DNA from: Octopus sinensis
Lineage: Eukaryota
DNA length: 64,000 bases
Reading direction: 5' to 3'
Assembly: GCF_006345805.1 (NCBI RefSeq)
Contig: NC_043003.1
Span: forward strand, 74,772,001 to 74,836,000
Shown here: positions 39,496 through 50,597 of the stretch, in pieces
Layout of the letters: each line of letters starts with the position of its first letter
Numbering within the stretch: position 1 is the stretch's first letter
Translations under genes and position numbers: made by a program
Notes under the pieces: generated by a model
Told to the model about the DNA's origin: nothing
The model's database searches: none
What the model saw: only the letters and a program-made list of their open reading frames with translations

Positions 39496-41517
39496 ATTTC
39501 TTTTATTAAACATAAGGCCTCTACAAAGATAGGACAATACAAAAACAGACAAAACAATGCAATGGGGGGACATAAAATCACATAGCGAATGAAATTATGT
39601 ATACAATGAAAGTTGAGGATAGAATGACTTACCTGCCTCCCATAAGCGGGTAGTTCCATTTTACTGGTTTTAAATAAAATTCTACTAATAGTTCACACAT
39701 CCTGTCTTGCATGTATTGGTTTTCCATTTATTCTTTAAAAAAAAACACAAAGTAGCTATTTACACAATATATTCCAATAAATCTTAGAATGCCACCACCG
39801 GCGGCAACTCATCGTAACGAAACTGTACCATTGTCACATCTATAGTTTCCTCAAACAACACCTTCAATCTATCTCCTGTTTTTTGTTTGTATGTTTTCTC
39901 TAGCAAAACTTCTTTCATACTTTCATTGTACTCTGTGGGTGCCAATTTCACTCTCATTACGTTCTTCACCTTTGCAATCTTTTTTCTATATCTACTCTTT
40001 CTGTGTATTGTATCATCGTTCTTAGATTTTTCCTTTTTCGTGTCACTCTCTGCTTTCTTTCACCAATCTCTACTGTTACTGGTATCCCTTCCTCTGTTTG
40101 TCTCTCATTCTCTCTATGATATTCCTCCTTCTTCTGTACTCTCTCCTTCTTGCTAGATGTTGGTAACTGTCTCTACGTTTGCTCCTCACTTATATTTGTT
40201 GACCTTCCAGTTTTTTCTGGTCGTTTGTTTTTTCATGTTTTCCACTCTGCGTCTCCTCTCCCCTGTGCCTGTGTTACTTTTTCTTCCTCTTGACCACTGT
40301 ATATTATTCTTCCATTTTTACCTCCTCTACGTTTAAACCCTCTTCTTCTTGATGTTCCTTCTCTATCCCCTCCTCTTCGTGATTCTGGTGGCAGCCATCC
40401 TCCATAACACAGAGGACGACGTTCAAATTTTGAAGATTGCAAGAACTACGGATGTGAACTACAGGGGGATATGGAGTGGAGGTATCGGTTCATAAAAGCT
40501 TACCAGACCTCCACAAAATTGCAGAAGAATTTTTAGTTTTCCGTGTTTATGTTAGGTCTCGATTTGTATTGTCATTACGTGTTGCACTTGTCGAACGAAC
40601 CTTTTCTGTATAGCCTTATTATGGGTAATAAAGAAATATTTGTCGTGAATGTTGTATCGTGTCATTTGATAGCCCGCTGCGTTTGTGTTGTTTTCTCTAC
40701 ATGTGACTGTTGTTACTGCTACATTTTTACTGTTAAACTGTTATATTACTGAATTGTCGGATTTATTGTATTTATTGTTGCTGGAATTTTATTTTCTTCC
40801 CCTGGCTGTCTCCCTCCATTCTCAATATTTGCTGGTACATCTTGACACTTAGCTTTCATGTGTCCCCTTACTTCACATAGAAAGCATACGGGAAGTATTC
40901 CTTTGAGTACAATTCTCAACCTCATCTCGTCTGATAGTACCAATACTTCTGCAATTTTGTGGAGGTCTGGTACGCTTATATGAACCGATAACTCCAGTCC
41001 ATATCCCCTGTAGCTCACCTCCATAGTTCTTACAATCTTCAAAAATTTAGTATCGCCCTCTGTGTTATAGAGGATTGCTGTCACCACCCAAGCCTCGTCA
41101 ATTTCTGGGGGCATTCTACCAATCCTTACTCTGACTGCACGTTTTTTTCTGTTTTTTCTATAACTTCTTTAGGCGGCGTCAGCCTCAGTGTGTCTCCCCC
41201 CATTCTCAATACGTGTTGGTACTTCTTGAAATTAGCTTCGTTTAGTTCAATTTCTCTAACTTGCAGTATATCTGCTGTTTGCCAGTTACTGCAGCGTAAC
41301 TGCCTGCTGGTACTAGTTTACCTTCCATAATATTATCCACAACCTCACCCATAAATGGGGAAGAAAATAAAATTCCAGCAACAATAAATACATTAAATCC
41401 GACGATTCAGCAATATAACAGTTTGACAATAACATTGTTGCAATAAGAAGACTCACATGGAGCGAAAGCATTTCAAACGCAGCAGGCAATCAAATGACAC
41501 GATACAACATTCACGAC
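39496..41517 (-). mobile_element. Gag/ORF1-only retroelement, unit 2 (contains an inverted segment at 40386-40802)
   Basis: MGEVVDNIMEGKLVPAGSYAAVTGK (ATG 41352); PPEIDEAWVVTAILYN..YRGYGLELSVH..LRIVLKG; CCHC knuckle CFLCEVRGHMKAKC (40845-40886); C-terminal VMRVKL..IDVTMVQFRYDELPPVVAF; AATAAA at 39502-39507. Confidence 0.8.
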
Positions 41518-41520
41518 AAA

Positions 41521-42299
41521 TATTTCTTTATTACCCATAATAAGGCTATACAAAACGAGATCTAACATAAACTGGTAAAACTAAAAGTTAATAAAAGATG
41601 ACACACGTAAAAAATTTAAGAAACGAATATCATGAAAATAATGAAAATGAGACGTAATGCCCACTCGACCTCCAAAGTCGAGTAGTTACATTGCTACATT
41701 ATTTTATCACAGTCTTTTCTCTTATTCAAAGTTCACATTATTTTCCTTCCCCACCCAAAAAAGTCCACAATATTTTATATTTTGAAATTTTTCTCATTCA
41801 TCAGTTATGTTTTCATATTCCAACACAGACGGCGGGACGTCTCATAATCAAATTGATTTTATTTCTTTTATCACTTCTCCAAGTTCTCCAAATGTATCTC
41901 TAACTCCCGTGTAACTGTCTTTACGTATCATAATCCCTATGTCGTCCGTTTCCTATTCTCCTCTGGGCAGTTCCATCCTCACCACTCTTTTCCATTTTGT
42001 AATAGTTTTTTTTTCATTTCTATACTCTTTTTATAAACAAGTTGTATTCCCTTATACTTGCATTCTTCTTCCTTTGATGCTACTTTGGCCGCTTGCACAC
42101 TTTTAGATTTAAATTCCTTCTCACCTTTCTGTGTCTCCATCTTAGTTTTCTTAGACTTTTTTCTTCCTTTTGCCTTTTTTCTTTTGGGGCTCATAAACTT
42201 ATCACTCCCACCTTTCACTTCACTCCTTTCCTTTTTGTTGCTGGCTCGCTCACCATCACTTTTATATTCTTTCTTTTCTTTATCTTGTTTCTCCTCTTT
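41521..42299 (-). mobile_element. Gag/ORF1-only retroelement, unit 3 (5'-truncated)
   Basis: K/E-rich linker then YKGIQLVYKKSIEMKKKL, matching the start of the C-terminal domain. The 3' end GGGTAATAAAGAAATA abuts the 5' end of unit 2. Confidence 0.65.
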
Positions 42300-42605
42300 C
42301 TCATATAGCGTAAATTCCGCCAAGGGAAACTGAGCCTTCATATGGCCCCGTGCCCCATAAATGTAGCAAGTACGTTGAAAGACTACGTAAGATAGTAATC
42401 ATGTACATTAAAATAAATATAACAAATAATCCAGAATCTTTGTGCGGTGCAGTGTCGATACCCAAATCTAATATGTTCGTTCCAGTCTCGAGGTCAAACA
42501 TCCTTGAATGTTTTATCCGAATCCATCCTGCGGTTCTGGAGATATCTTAAGCACGGACAAATAAACACAACTGTAAATACCTCCGCCTTCGCGAAGGCGG
42601 AGGTA
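42300..42605 (+). mobile_element. Short non-autonomous element with a 3' palindrome (Helentron/HINE-like); its left tip is at 37664-37695
   Basis: Perfect 28-bp palindrome TACCTCCGCCTTCG-CGAAGGCGGAGGTA (42578-42605). TCCGCC near the left end is complementary to GGCGGA in the palindrome. The left end repeats 37675-37695. Confidence 0.5.
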
Positions 42606-42647
42606 ATAATATTAATAACAAAAACAACAACAACAACAATGATAATA

Positions 42648-43211
42648 ACGGTTTCGAAATTTGGCGGAAGGCCACAAATTTTAGGGGGAGGAGCAGTTTT
42701 AAACTGGTACATATTTGATCGAATTTGTCAGGATGAAATGCAAATTTGACCTTTACTGAACTTGAATTTAGAGCGTAAAGACGGACTAAAAGGAGAAGAG
42801 ATTTTTTACCGCTGTACTAACGACTCTGTCACCTCTGCTCCTGTCATCGAAAGTACAGATTCCGCCGTGGTAGACATTGCCTTAATCCTTTCGGGCTCGA
42901 TAATATAAGTGCCAGTTAAACTCTTGGATCGATACGATCGACTTGTCCTATTCCTCAAAATTGCTGTCCTTTTGCCAAAATTTGAAGGCATTGAAAAAAT
43001 GCAGTGAGTTGGCAGAATCGTTAACAAGCCTGGTAAAATTCTTAGTGGTATTTCCTCGGTTTAAATGTACCGAATCTAAATATAACCGAGGTCGACTTTG
43101 CCGTTTATCCTTTCGGGATAGATAAATTAAGTATCAGTGAAACACTGGGGTCGATGTAATAGGCTAGTCTCTTTCTCTAAAATGTCAGGCCCTGTGATTT
43201 TAGTAGAAAGG

Positions 43212-43245
<34 letters not shown>
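42648..43245. mobile_element. Cluster of three SINE family C copies (42648-42842 minus, 42850-42990 plus 3' half, 43001-43245 plus with (ATT)n tail)
   Basis: Each aligns with 26348-26562. The last is best preserved (GAGTTGGCAGAATCGTTA...CCGAGGTCGACTTTGCC...ACTGGGGTCGATGTAAT...TAGTAGAAAGGATTATT). Confidence 0.75.
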
Positions 43246-43246
<1 letters not shown>

Positions 43247-44145
43247 AACAGCAGAAAATAAAGTTTAAACCAGCTTTCATTTATGAGGCTCTGTCTCACT
43301 GAACATTGCACTGACTTTCAGGCTTCTGCATCGATTTATTTTCATCCTTGATTCTTCAAGGACAATGCATCGTACAACTATGATGTACCTTAACAGAAAT
43401 TAGGATGTAATGGCAATGCAAGGCTTATAACAAGAATAAATCGCATGATTTGAAAAGTGATGGTGAACGTTTTGTTTCCCTCCATCAAACTTGCAAATAA
43501 AACCGAAAATTGACTTATAATGAGTAGGCAAATAAGTAACATTGGTACATCATTTAATTAACGTAGATTAATTATATTTTTTTACCTACTGATAATGTTT
43601 GTTTTGTATTCTATGAAGTTGTAGGACATATGTGAAAACTAGATGTTACAAAAAGAGAATTACATGATGATGGATAGAAGTAAGCGTAAAAGTACATGAA
43701 ATAATCTATATATTGCTCATGAATTAACTATCGAAGTAAAAACTAAATGGCAACAACATTTGTATTATTAATTACACAGAAGTAGAGAGCTAATAGTGCA
43801 ATAATTATGGAGATTTTGTGTTTTTTGAAAATTATTTTCCGGATTACGCAGGTATTCGAACATTATCTCCTTCAATGCCCTTTCCACATCCGCCTGGATG
43901 GCCGATCTCTGGCTGCTTTGTGTTTATGGAAATGCATTTGTACGTCACTCTTTATTTGTTTGTCCCTGCCAACAATTCGTGGGTTGGAATGATATCCACT
44001 CGCAATTTCTTTTATTTATTCAGCTGTCCCAGCCGGACACATGTCTTTCTGAAGCAGATTCATGCCGAAGAATTTCTTACTTATCGCCACCGTTGCAGCG
44101 AGGCATTGTTGGTAGTATTACTGTTGTTAATTAGAATTTTGCTAT

Positions 44146-45285
44146 GTTGCTTCATTAGCTACAAGGGCCCAAATATAGAGGGGAACAAACAAGGGCACCA
44201 CAGAGGGGACGATACATAGAACGAATATGGTCAGATGGTTATACAATAATGGGGTTATGAATGGCTGCATGCGCCCCTCATCACATGAGTTACCATTAAT
44301 CTTTTTAAACTTTCCGTTTTTATCCTGTATTTAACTAACAATTAATTATCGTCTATTTGAACCGTTATATGTTGTCTAAAATTGTTCTTCTATTTTCCGA
44401 TATTATTAAACATAACCTAAAACGCTTACTCTTTCTTTTTTTCTTTTTTTCCTCCTTTTTCTTTTTTCTTTTCTTTTTTCCTGTCGATTTGACATACTTG
44501 TTTACTTTTTAGTAATATTTCATTAGTGGGTCAATTTTTACTAAATCCACTACTGGTGGCAATTCTTTGAATTCCATCCTTACTCCTGGTGGGTCAATAT
44601 TATCTCGACACATTTCATGCAGTCTCTTATAACTTACTTCTTCAATCACTATTGCCTTCATATCCTCTGCATATATGTACGCTGGCACCTTTACTCTTAC
44701 TATTTGGTTGAACTAGAGTATTTTCTTTTCTGTTTCTATATTCTTCTGGTAGGTTACGTAACACCACACATCATTTCCTTTTATTTTCTTTCCTTTATTT
44801 TGGCTTTTCTGTTCTCACTCCCCACCTCCACACTAAACAGTCTCTCCAATTCTGCTCCTGCCAGCTGAATTTCCGAATCCTTTTCTACCAGAGCAGCAAG
44901 TATTTTTACTTTTAACAACGTTTTCTTTTTACTTTGATTGTAATCATGGGACTGCTAATACCTGCTGCTGTTGGCATTGGCATATGCCATTTCAATGCGG
45001 GGAATTCACCTTCGCAGTGTATAATGCCGCTGTTAGTATCTGCTGTTAGACTCCTGCCAGTTACTGCAGCGTAGCTGCCCGGTGCTGGTTTACGTTCCAT
45101 AATATTATTCACAACTTCACCCATAAATGTGGAAGATAAACAAAAATTTGAGCAGCAATTCAGTAATATAATAATTTAGTAAGATAACAGTGTAACAATA
45201 ACAATGTTACAGTAACAGACTCACATGAAGCGAACACACACCAAGTGTAACAGGGAGTAAAATGACTCGACACGACACTAACGAC
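44146..45285 (-). mobile_element. Gag/ORF1-only retroelement, unit 4 (both ends present, middle deleted)
   Basis: 5' UTR homologous to 41357-41517; MGEVVNNIMERKPAPGSYAAVTGR (ATG 45124); C-terminal RDNIDPPGVRMEFKELPPVVDLVKIDPLMKYY; 3' end GTCCCC...CCCTTGTAGCTAATGAAG. Confidence 0.75.
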
Positions 45286-45318
45286 AACGCCAACGTCCTC
45301 TCAACGATTAGCCGGAGA

Positions 45319-45625
45319 CGACTTGGAAATAGAGGTCGAACGTGGAGTCTAAAAACAGAAATATTTCCTCTCATAGTGGGCGCATTATGTATGATAAAAA
45401 TATTTAGACAAATACATAACAAAAACACCAGGACTAACAAATATATATATAACATACGGAAAATAGCGCTACTAGGCACTGCACACATCCTACGTAAAAC
45501 ACTTTCGATATAGTAACAATAAGACCATCACAGCAAACCACAGCACATACCCAAAGCACAAATGTGTGCTCGCTAGTGAAGTGAAAACACGTTATAAAAA
45601 TAAAACTACTGAACAATAATAATAT
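45319..45625 (+). mobile_element. R4/Dong-like LINE 3' end
   Basis: DLEIEVE..WSLKTEIFPLIVGALCMIK...IYNIRKIALLGTAHILRKTLSI*, then a short 3' UTR and an (AAT)n tail. Confidence 0.85.
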
Positions 45626-45780
45626 CATTTTGGCACAATGCTAGCAATTCCGGGTCAAGGAGTAAGTCGATAAAATCCACCAAATTGTTCAACTGGCACT
45701 TACTTCTATCGACACGGAAACGAGGAAAACTAAAGTTGACATCAGCGGAATAATAACTCAGAACATTAGGACGGATGAAT
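45626..45780 (-). mobile_element. SINE family C fragment
   Basis: Reverse complement GTTCTGAGTTATTATTCCGCTGATGTCAACTTT...GTCGATAGAAGTAAGTGCCAGTTGA...ATCGACTTA...AATTGCTAGCATTGTGCCAAAAT. Confidence 0.65.
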
Positions 45781-46659
45781 GATAATGATAATAATAATCA
45801 CAACAATAACATGAACAGTCGGATATTTCACGAAGCAGCTTTAGTTCTTGATATATGTAAGGGAAGTAAAATTTTAGTTACGCAAACGCACTGACATTCA
45901 CTATAAGGAAATTTACGATTGTCTCAAACTTCTATATGAAACTAATATGCCTGTTTTTCACATACACTGTGTACTACCTCTGAAAATACACTATTAACGC
46001 TGTAGTATATTACTACTCAATAGAAAAGACCCATGTATCTCCCAATCAATATATCATCTGTCAAATGTTTACATATTGTCATCAGCATGATCTGTTTATT
46101 TCTCCCTAAATAAGTTGATGTGAACTTCTCCCCAGAAGCCAACTGAGATTCACGGGTAATATGGGTGAAAAATATTAAGATGGATTTTTCAAAGTTAATC
46201 TGAAAGATTTCTATTTTGTACTATTATGATTTCTTTTCTCATGACGAAAATATGGTTACGCAATTTAGTTCGAAAATGTTAGAAATATTAAGTATAGTAA
46301 ATTTTCGCTGACGCGCGTAAACGTTGATGTCAGTGCTATAAGAAATATAATTTTTTTTATGGTGCATGTATTTCGTGTTTACTTTTATATCATATGAGCT
46401 ATGTAGTGAAGTAAAGCGTTAGTAATGTGACTATTCCAATTTCATTTTAAACCAAATTGCTTGGTATCGCTTTAACATCATTTAACTTATTCAATATATA
46501 CTTCCTAAAAGTTGTAGCACATCACTCAGATGGACTCACATAAAACTAGACGCACATTTATCTCTCTTCCTTATTTCGTTGTATATAACTATATGCGCTT
46601 CTCGCTTGTGATGCAGCCTTGTTTGTGTATCTGTGCGTGTGCCTGTATATATATATGTA

Positions 46660-46695
<36 letters not shown>

Positions 46696-46859
46696 CATTC
46701 ATATATATATATATATATATATATATAAGATGAACCAAACTTGAACGAACAGCAAAGGAATGCGCTTAATTCGATATGATATGTAATATTAAATTTAATA
46801 CAAAATTAAAGTATACATCTAAAATAAGCTATTTATTATATCAATGCAATAGAAGGGCA

Positions 46860-47870
46860 CCGAACTTTTTGTCAATGTGTGTATCAAAATCACAGGAGAT
46901 TTTATCAAAGATTGTGCTTAAGTTTCAGTTCAAAATATTTTCTAATATCGCCTAATACTGCAGCATACATTATTGGATCAACATTTTGTGCATTGATTTT
47001 TTAAAATTTATCCACGGGGTAATTCTTGAAATCACCCATGATCAAAGATTCCTCTTCTAAAGTTAGTACTCCAATACTTCCCCTCAGAAAAACAATCCAT
47101 TGAGTAAAGCCAGTTGTATTTAAGTCCTAATCAAAAGGACTAAGTCGTAAAAATGCTTCATCAAGATCAAGATACTTCTTGCCAACTGTTGAGCAATATA
47201 GGAGGGGTATTTTAGAGGAGACAGAGGTCATAGGAGGAAGGGCTTTCTTGTAACTATTGTACAACTCGAATTATTAGTATTTCAAGATACTTTCCCCCTG
47301 TGACTATTCTACAAAAATAGTTTGATATTAAAGACCCATACTTTAAATATGACACGGATAATAATATCAGACTGGTTTACTTGCTGCTATAATGTTAAAT
47401 GCATCTTCTTATACAAGTAAGCATTATAAACTTAAATACACGTTCTCATCCCGTAATACTGCTTGATGTGTCATTAAATTTCATTTGATTTCCTCCAACA
47501 GGTCATGAACTGACAATAGATGATAAAAGTTTAGTCTCATAAACATCATAATTCGAATTGTGAGTTTCTCAAATATTAATTTTTCTTCATTTCTTCTGCA
47601 TCTTTTCTAGTGGACATTTTAAGGCTGGAACAAAAATCTTCATAATCATCTTGTGTATTATTCTTCGCGTAAACTAATTTGTCTTGACCAACTTGCATGT
47701 AAGCAGCCAGTTTCACATTTACTATGAATCTGGTAAATTGAATGTCTGCATGTGGCATTAATATCAAGAAATACAACCTCTTATATTGTCTAAGAGGTAG
47801 AGGATTTAAGAATTTCAATCCCCAGCAAAACCATTTTTCTTGCATCAGTATTAAATTCTTTTACAATATG
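46860..47870 (-). pseudogene. Possible heavily decayed DNA-transposase (hAT-like) remnant
   Basis: Non-repetitive, coding-like sequence with many stops. PVDKF*KI...LGDIRKYFEL..LIKSPVILIH loosely resembles the hAT C-terminal dimerisation region. Weak. Confidence 0.25.
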
Positions 47871-48213
47871 TGTTCACTGAAGTATATGAGAAACAATAAA
47901 ATGATGCATTTAAATCCATAGGTTAAATGTAAATTTAAAATGATTTAGAGTAGTTGTTCTAATATAGCTAAAAACCTAAGAGTTCTAGCTTAAAAACTCC
48001 AGTTATAATATACCACACCCTATTCAACCGCCTGTCCATATACCCTCGGCTCACATACATACAAATACCTATACGATCCATTTTTATTTTCGAGTGCACA
48101 TCTAAATTCTTTAGATACACCAACCCTCACAAACACACCCACACACACGCATACAAATAAACGCGTGCACACACTCACACACATCATACACAACACACAC
48201 ACAAACACACACT

Positions 48214-48974
48214 ATTTCTTTATTACCCACTAGGGGCGACACTGAGGGGACACTACAAGACATGGGGATATAGAACATTATAATTAAATTTATGAAAGAT
48301 GAATTGTTACATGAAAAAATGATAATATGAAAGCGATGCTAAAGGCCCCATCCGTTAGCATCACTTACCTGTCCTTTGGTTTTCACCGTCACTTGAATGT
48401 TCATTCCCAATACGAATACCTTCCATATCCATTCTTACTCCGAAATACTCCTCCATATTTTCCACGAATTCATCGCTCATTCTTCTATCTTTCACCTCCC
48501 AATTCTCCCTTTCACACCTCAACATAAACTCATCTATTCTCTTCTTTTCAATCACAGTATACCTAGTCTCACCAACTTCATACCATTTATACTCTTCCAT
48601 TAGCCTTTTAACTTCTTTCCGTTCTGTCATAGTACAAATGTTCGGCCTGGGTTCGATTTCAATCTCTTGTCTGTCTGTATTATTTTTTTTCTTTTGTTTT
48701 CTTGTTGGAGGGGAGCGAGTGGGTTCACTGTCTGCAGGGATAGGGTGGGACTCAGAGGGTGTGGGTGGTTTTGGGGTGGATTGATGTTCTATATTATTTT
48801 CTTTTCCTCTTATTCTTCTCTTCCTCTTCTTCCCAAATTCTTTCCATTCCTGTGTATTTTCTTCCTCTTCCACTGCCCTCCACCCACACTCTCATGATCA
48901 CGTCTCCCAATCTGATGCTTTCCGCCAGGTCCACCAGTACATCGTTCTCTGCCTGCACGTTCAGTTCCACTGTT
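48214..48974 (-). mobile_element. Gag/ORF1-only retroelement, unit 5 (5'-truncated, 21-bp TSD)
   Basis: VELNVQAENDVLVDLAESIRLGDVIMRVWVEG is homologous to units 1 and 2. Open 170-aa C-terminal frame 48361-48873. 3' end GTAGTGTCCCC...GGGTAATAAAGAAAT. Identical flanks ACACACACACAAACACACACT at 48193-48213 and 48975-48995. Confidence 0.8.
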
Positions 48975-50320
48975 ACACACACACAAACACACACTTGCAC
49001 ACATAAAGTGTTGCAAAACAAACGAAAATCCAAAAAGCAAAAAATTCCTTTGCTTTTAAGTTATATTCTAAAAGTATTGAAGTTAAAATTTACATTAAAC
49101 AATTCCAGAATCATCTACAAAATAAGAGGAACAGTCAAAGATTGCCATTCCAATTATAAAATTGCTGTGAATATGGAATCGTCCAAAATCCATTAATAAT
49201 ACTGACATTTGGCCAGAACATCAATAAATCGTTCAACCATTAATCTATATAGTCATTCTATTTCCGTAAGCACCCAAATAAAAGTTTAAACGACAAAAAT
49301 TAACATTGACAGCTTTCTAAAATCATGTTCTCAAATTGATATAAATATCATTTACCGTTCAAATAATCTTACTCTATGTTAAAGAAATAAATTTATGTGT
49401 GCTATGATACGCGTATCCGAAATTCATTAGAGTAAATATTAATTCGTTTTCAAATCAAAGTATCATAAATTTCGTAATGAATTTGGTCTTGTAAATGATA
49501 TAAATGTAATGTTAATATTTCAGTTACATAGGGAATTAAAATTGCAAAAATAATGATCCATAAGAAACTAAGGGAAATTTCATATAGTAAATTCAGTGTA
49601 TGCAAATTTGTGTCCCGTTGGTGTCACTCGGAAAATATATGAGAATGGAATATAGGTCCATCATAGTATATCCTAATTATTGAATTAAAAATGTTGCTAC
49701 GTGAAGCACACACACACACATATATATAGGAAAAGAAAAGAAGGAAAGAGAGCAAATAGTAATATTATGTGTATGATAGAATTGTATGAACATATGATAT
49801 TTGTTTTATAAATCGAGGGCGGGAGAATGTCTCGAATGTCAGTCGTTAGAAATGTGTTTTCGTGTGGTTAAGATTTTTCTTCTCTTATTTCAAACAATAC
49901 TGGTGGTCATTAGCACCCTCCGTCACTTTGTGACGACCATACATGTTGCATTTCGCCTATAAAATGTGAATGGCCAACTTAATAATTTTTCCACACCTAG
50001 TGTAACTGCCCGATGCTGTAAGGGTAATTTTGTTACTAAACTGATGAGAGGAGGCCAGGAATAACTCGTCCTTGTTTTTTTTCTTGTCCGTCTTCATCAT
50101 CTATCTATCGGGATGATTTATTGTCGTCTCCTGCGTTCTTGTTCCAGTTTTTTGATTTATATATATATATATATATATACATATATAATTTTTATGTCTT
50201 AAATTTATAAGGTTCATGAAGTTATTTATTTACTTATTTAACTTATATACTTGTAATTTATTTGGACAAACATGGTGATATATAAGGAGTAGTTATATAT
50301 ATATAAATGTGAGGAAAGTA

Positions 50321-50416
50321 GACCTGACGATTGGGAGTGCGTAAACATAATTAGTTTTTGAATGAGACTTTGTATTTTGGTAATACCATACGTACCCTCA
50401 TGAAACGCGTGTAGTC
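50321..50416 (+). ncRNA. Type-I hammerhead ribozyme motif, canonical core
   Basis: GAC | CTGACGA | TTGGGAGTGCGTA...TACGTACCCTCAT (11 of 13 pairs including G-U) | GAAA C GCGT G TA | GTC. GUA triplet, predicted cleavage after 50413. Confidence 0.7.
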
Positions 50417-50597
50417 CGTAATTTAAAATTCTGGGATTATGAATATAAATAGTAAGTATATTATTTAAATTTTATGGCTTTGTTGAGTTAATATCATTTG
50501 GAGTTGATGAAGTTGTGGGTGTTTCTATCTCTAACAATAGTTTGATAAATATGAATTAATTGTTAAAAGTAATTCAATTTAAATTCAATAGTTATCA

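Noticed and set aside
40530-41590. DIRS-type or TIR transposon defined by long inverted repeats
   Set aside because: The left arm is part of a larger inverted fragment that also includes coding sequence. No tyrosine recombinase, RT or transposase is visible.
43807-44100. EHYLLQCP as the zinc knuckle of a LINE ORF2 (possible autonomous partner)
   Set aside because: A single short motif with no upstream CxxC or RT similarity visible.
32465-45625. One R4-like LINE split by 12 kb of insertions (33337 ends at ..NISVK, 45319 starts at DLEIEV)
   Set aside because: Collinear and on the same strand, but about 8 codons are missing, unrelated sequence abuts both breaks, and such 3' ends are common here. 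It cannot be supported without subfamily consensus sequences.
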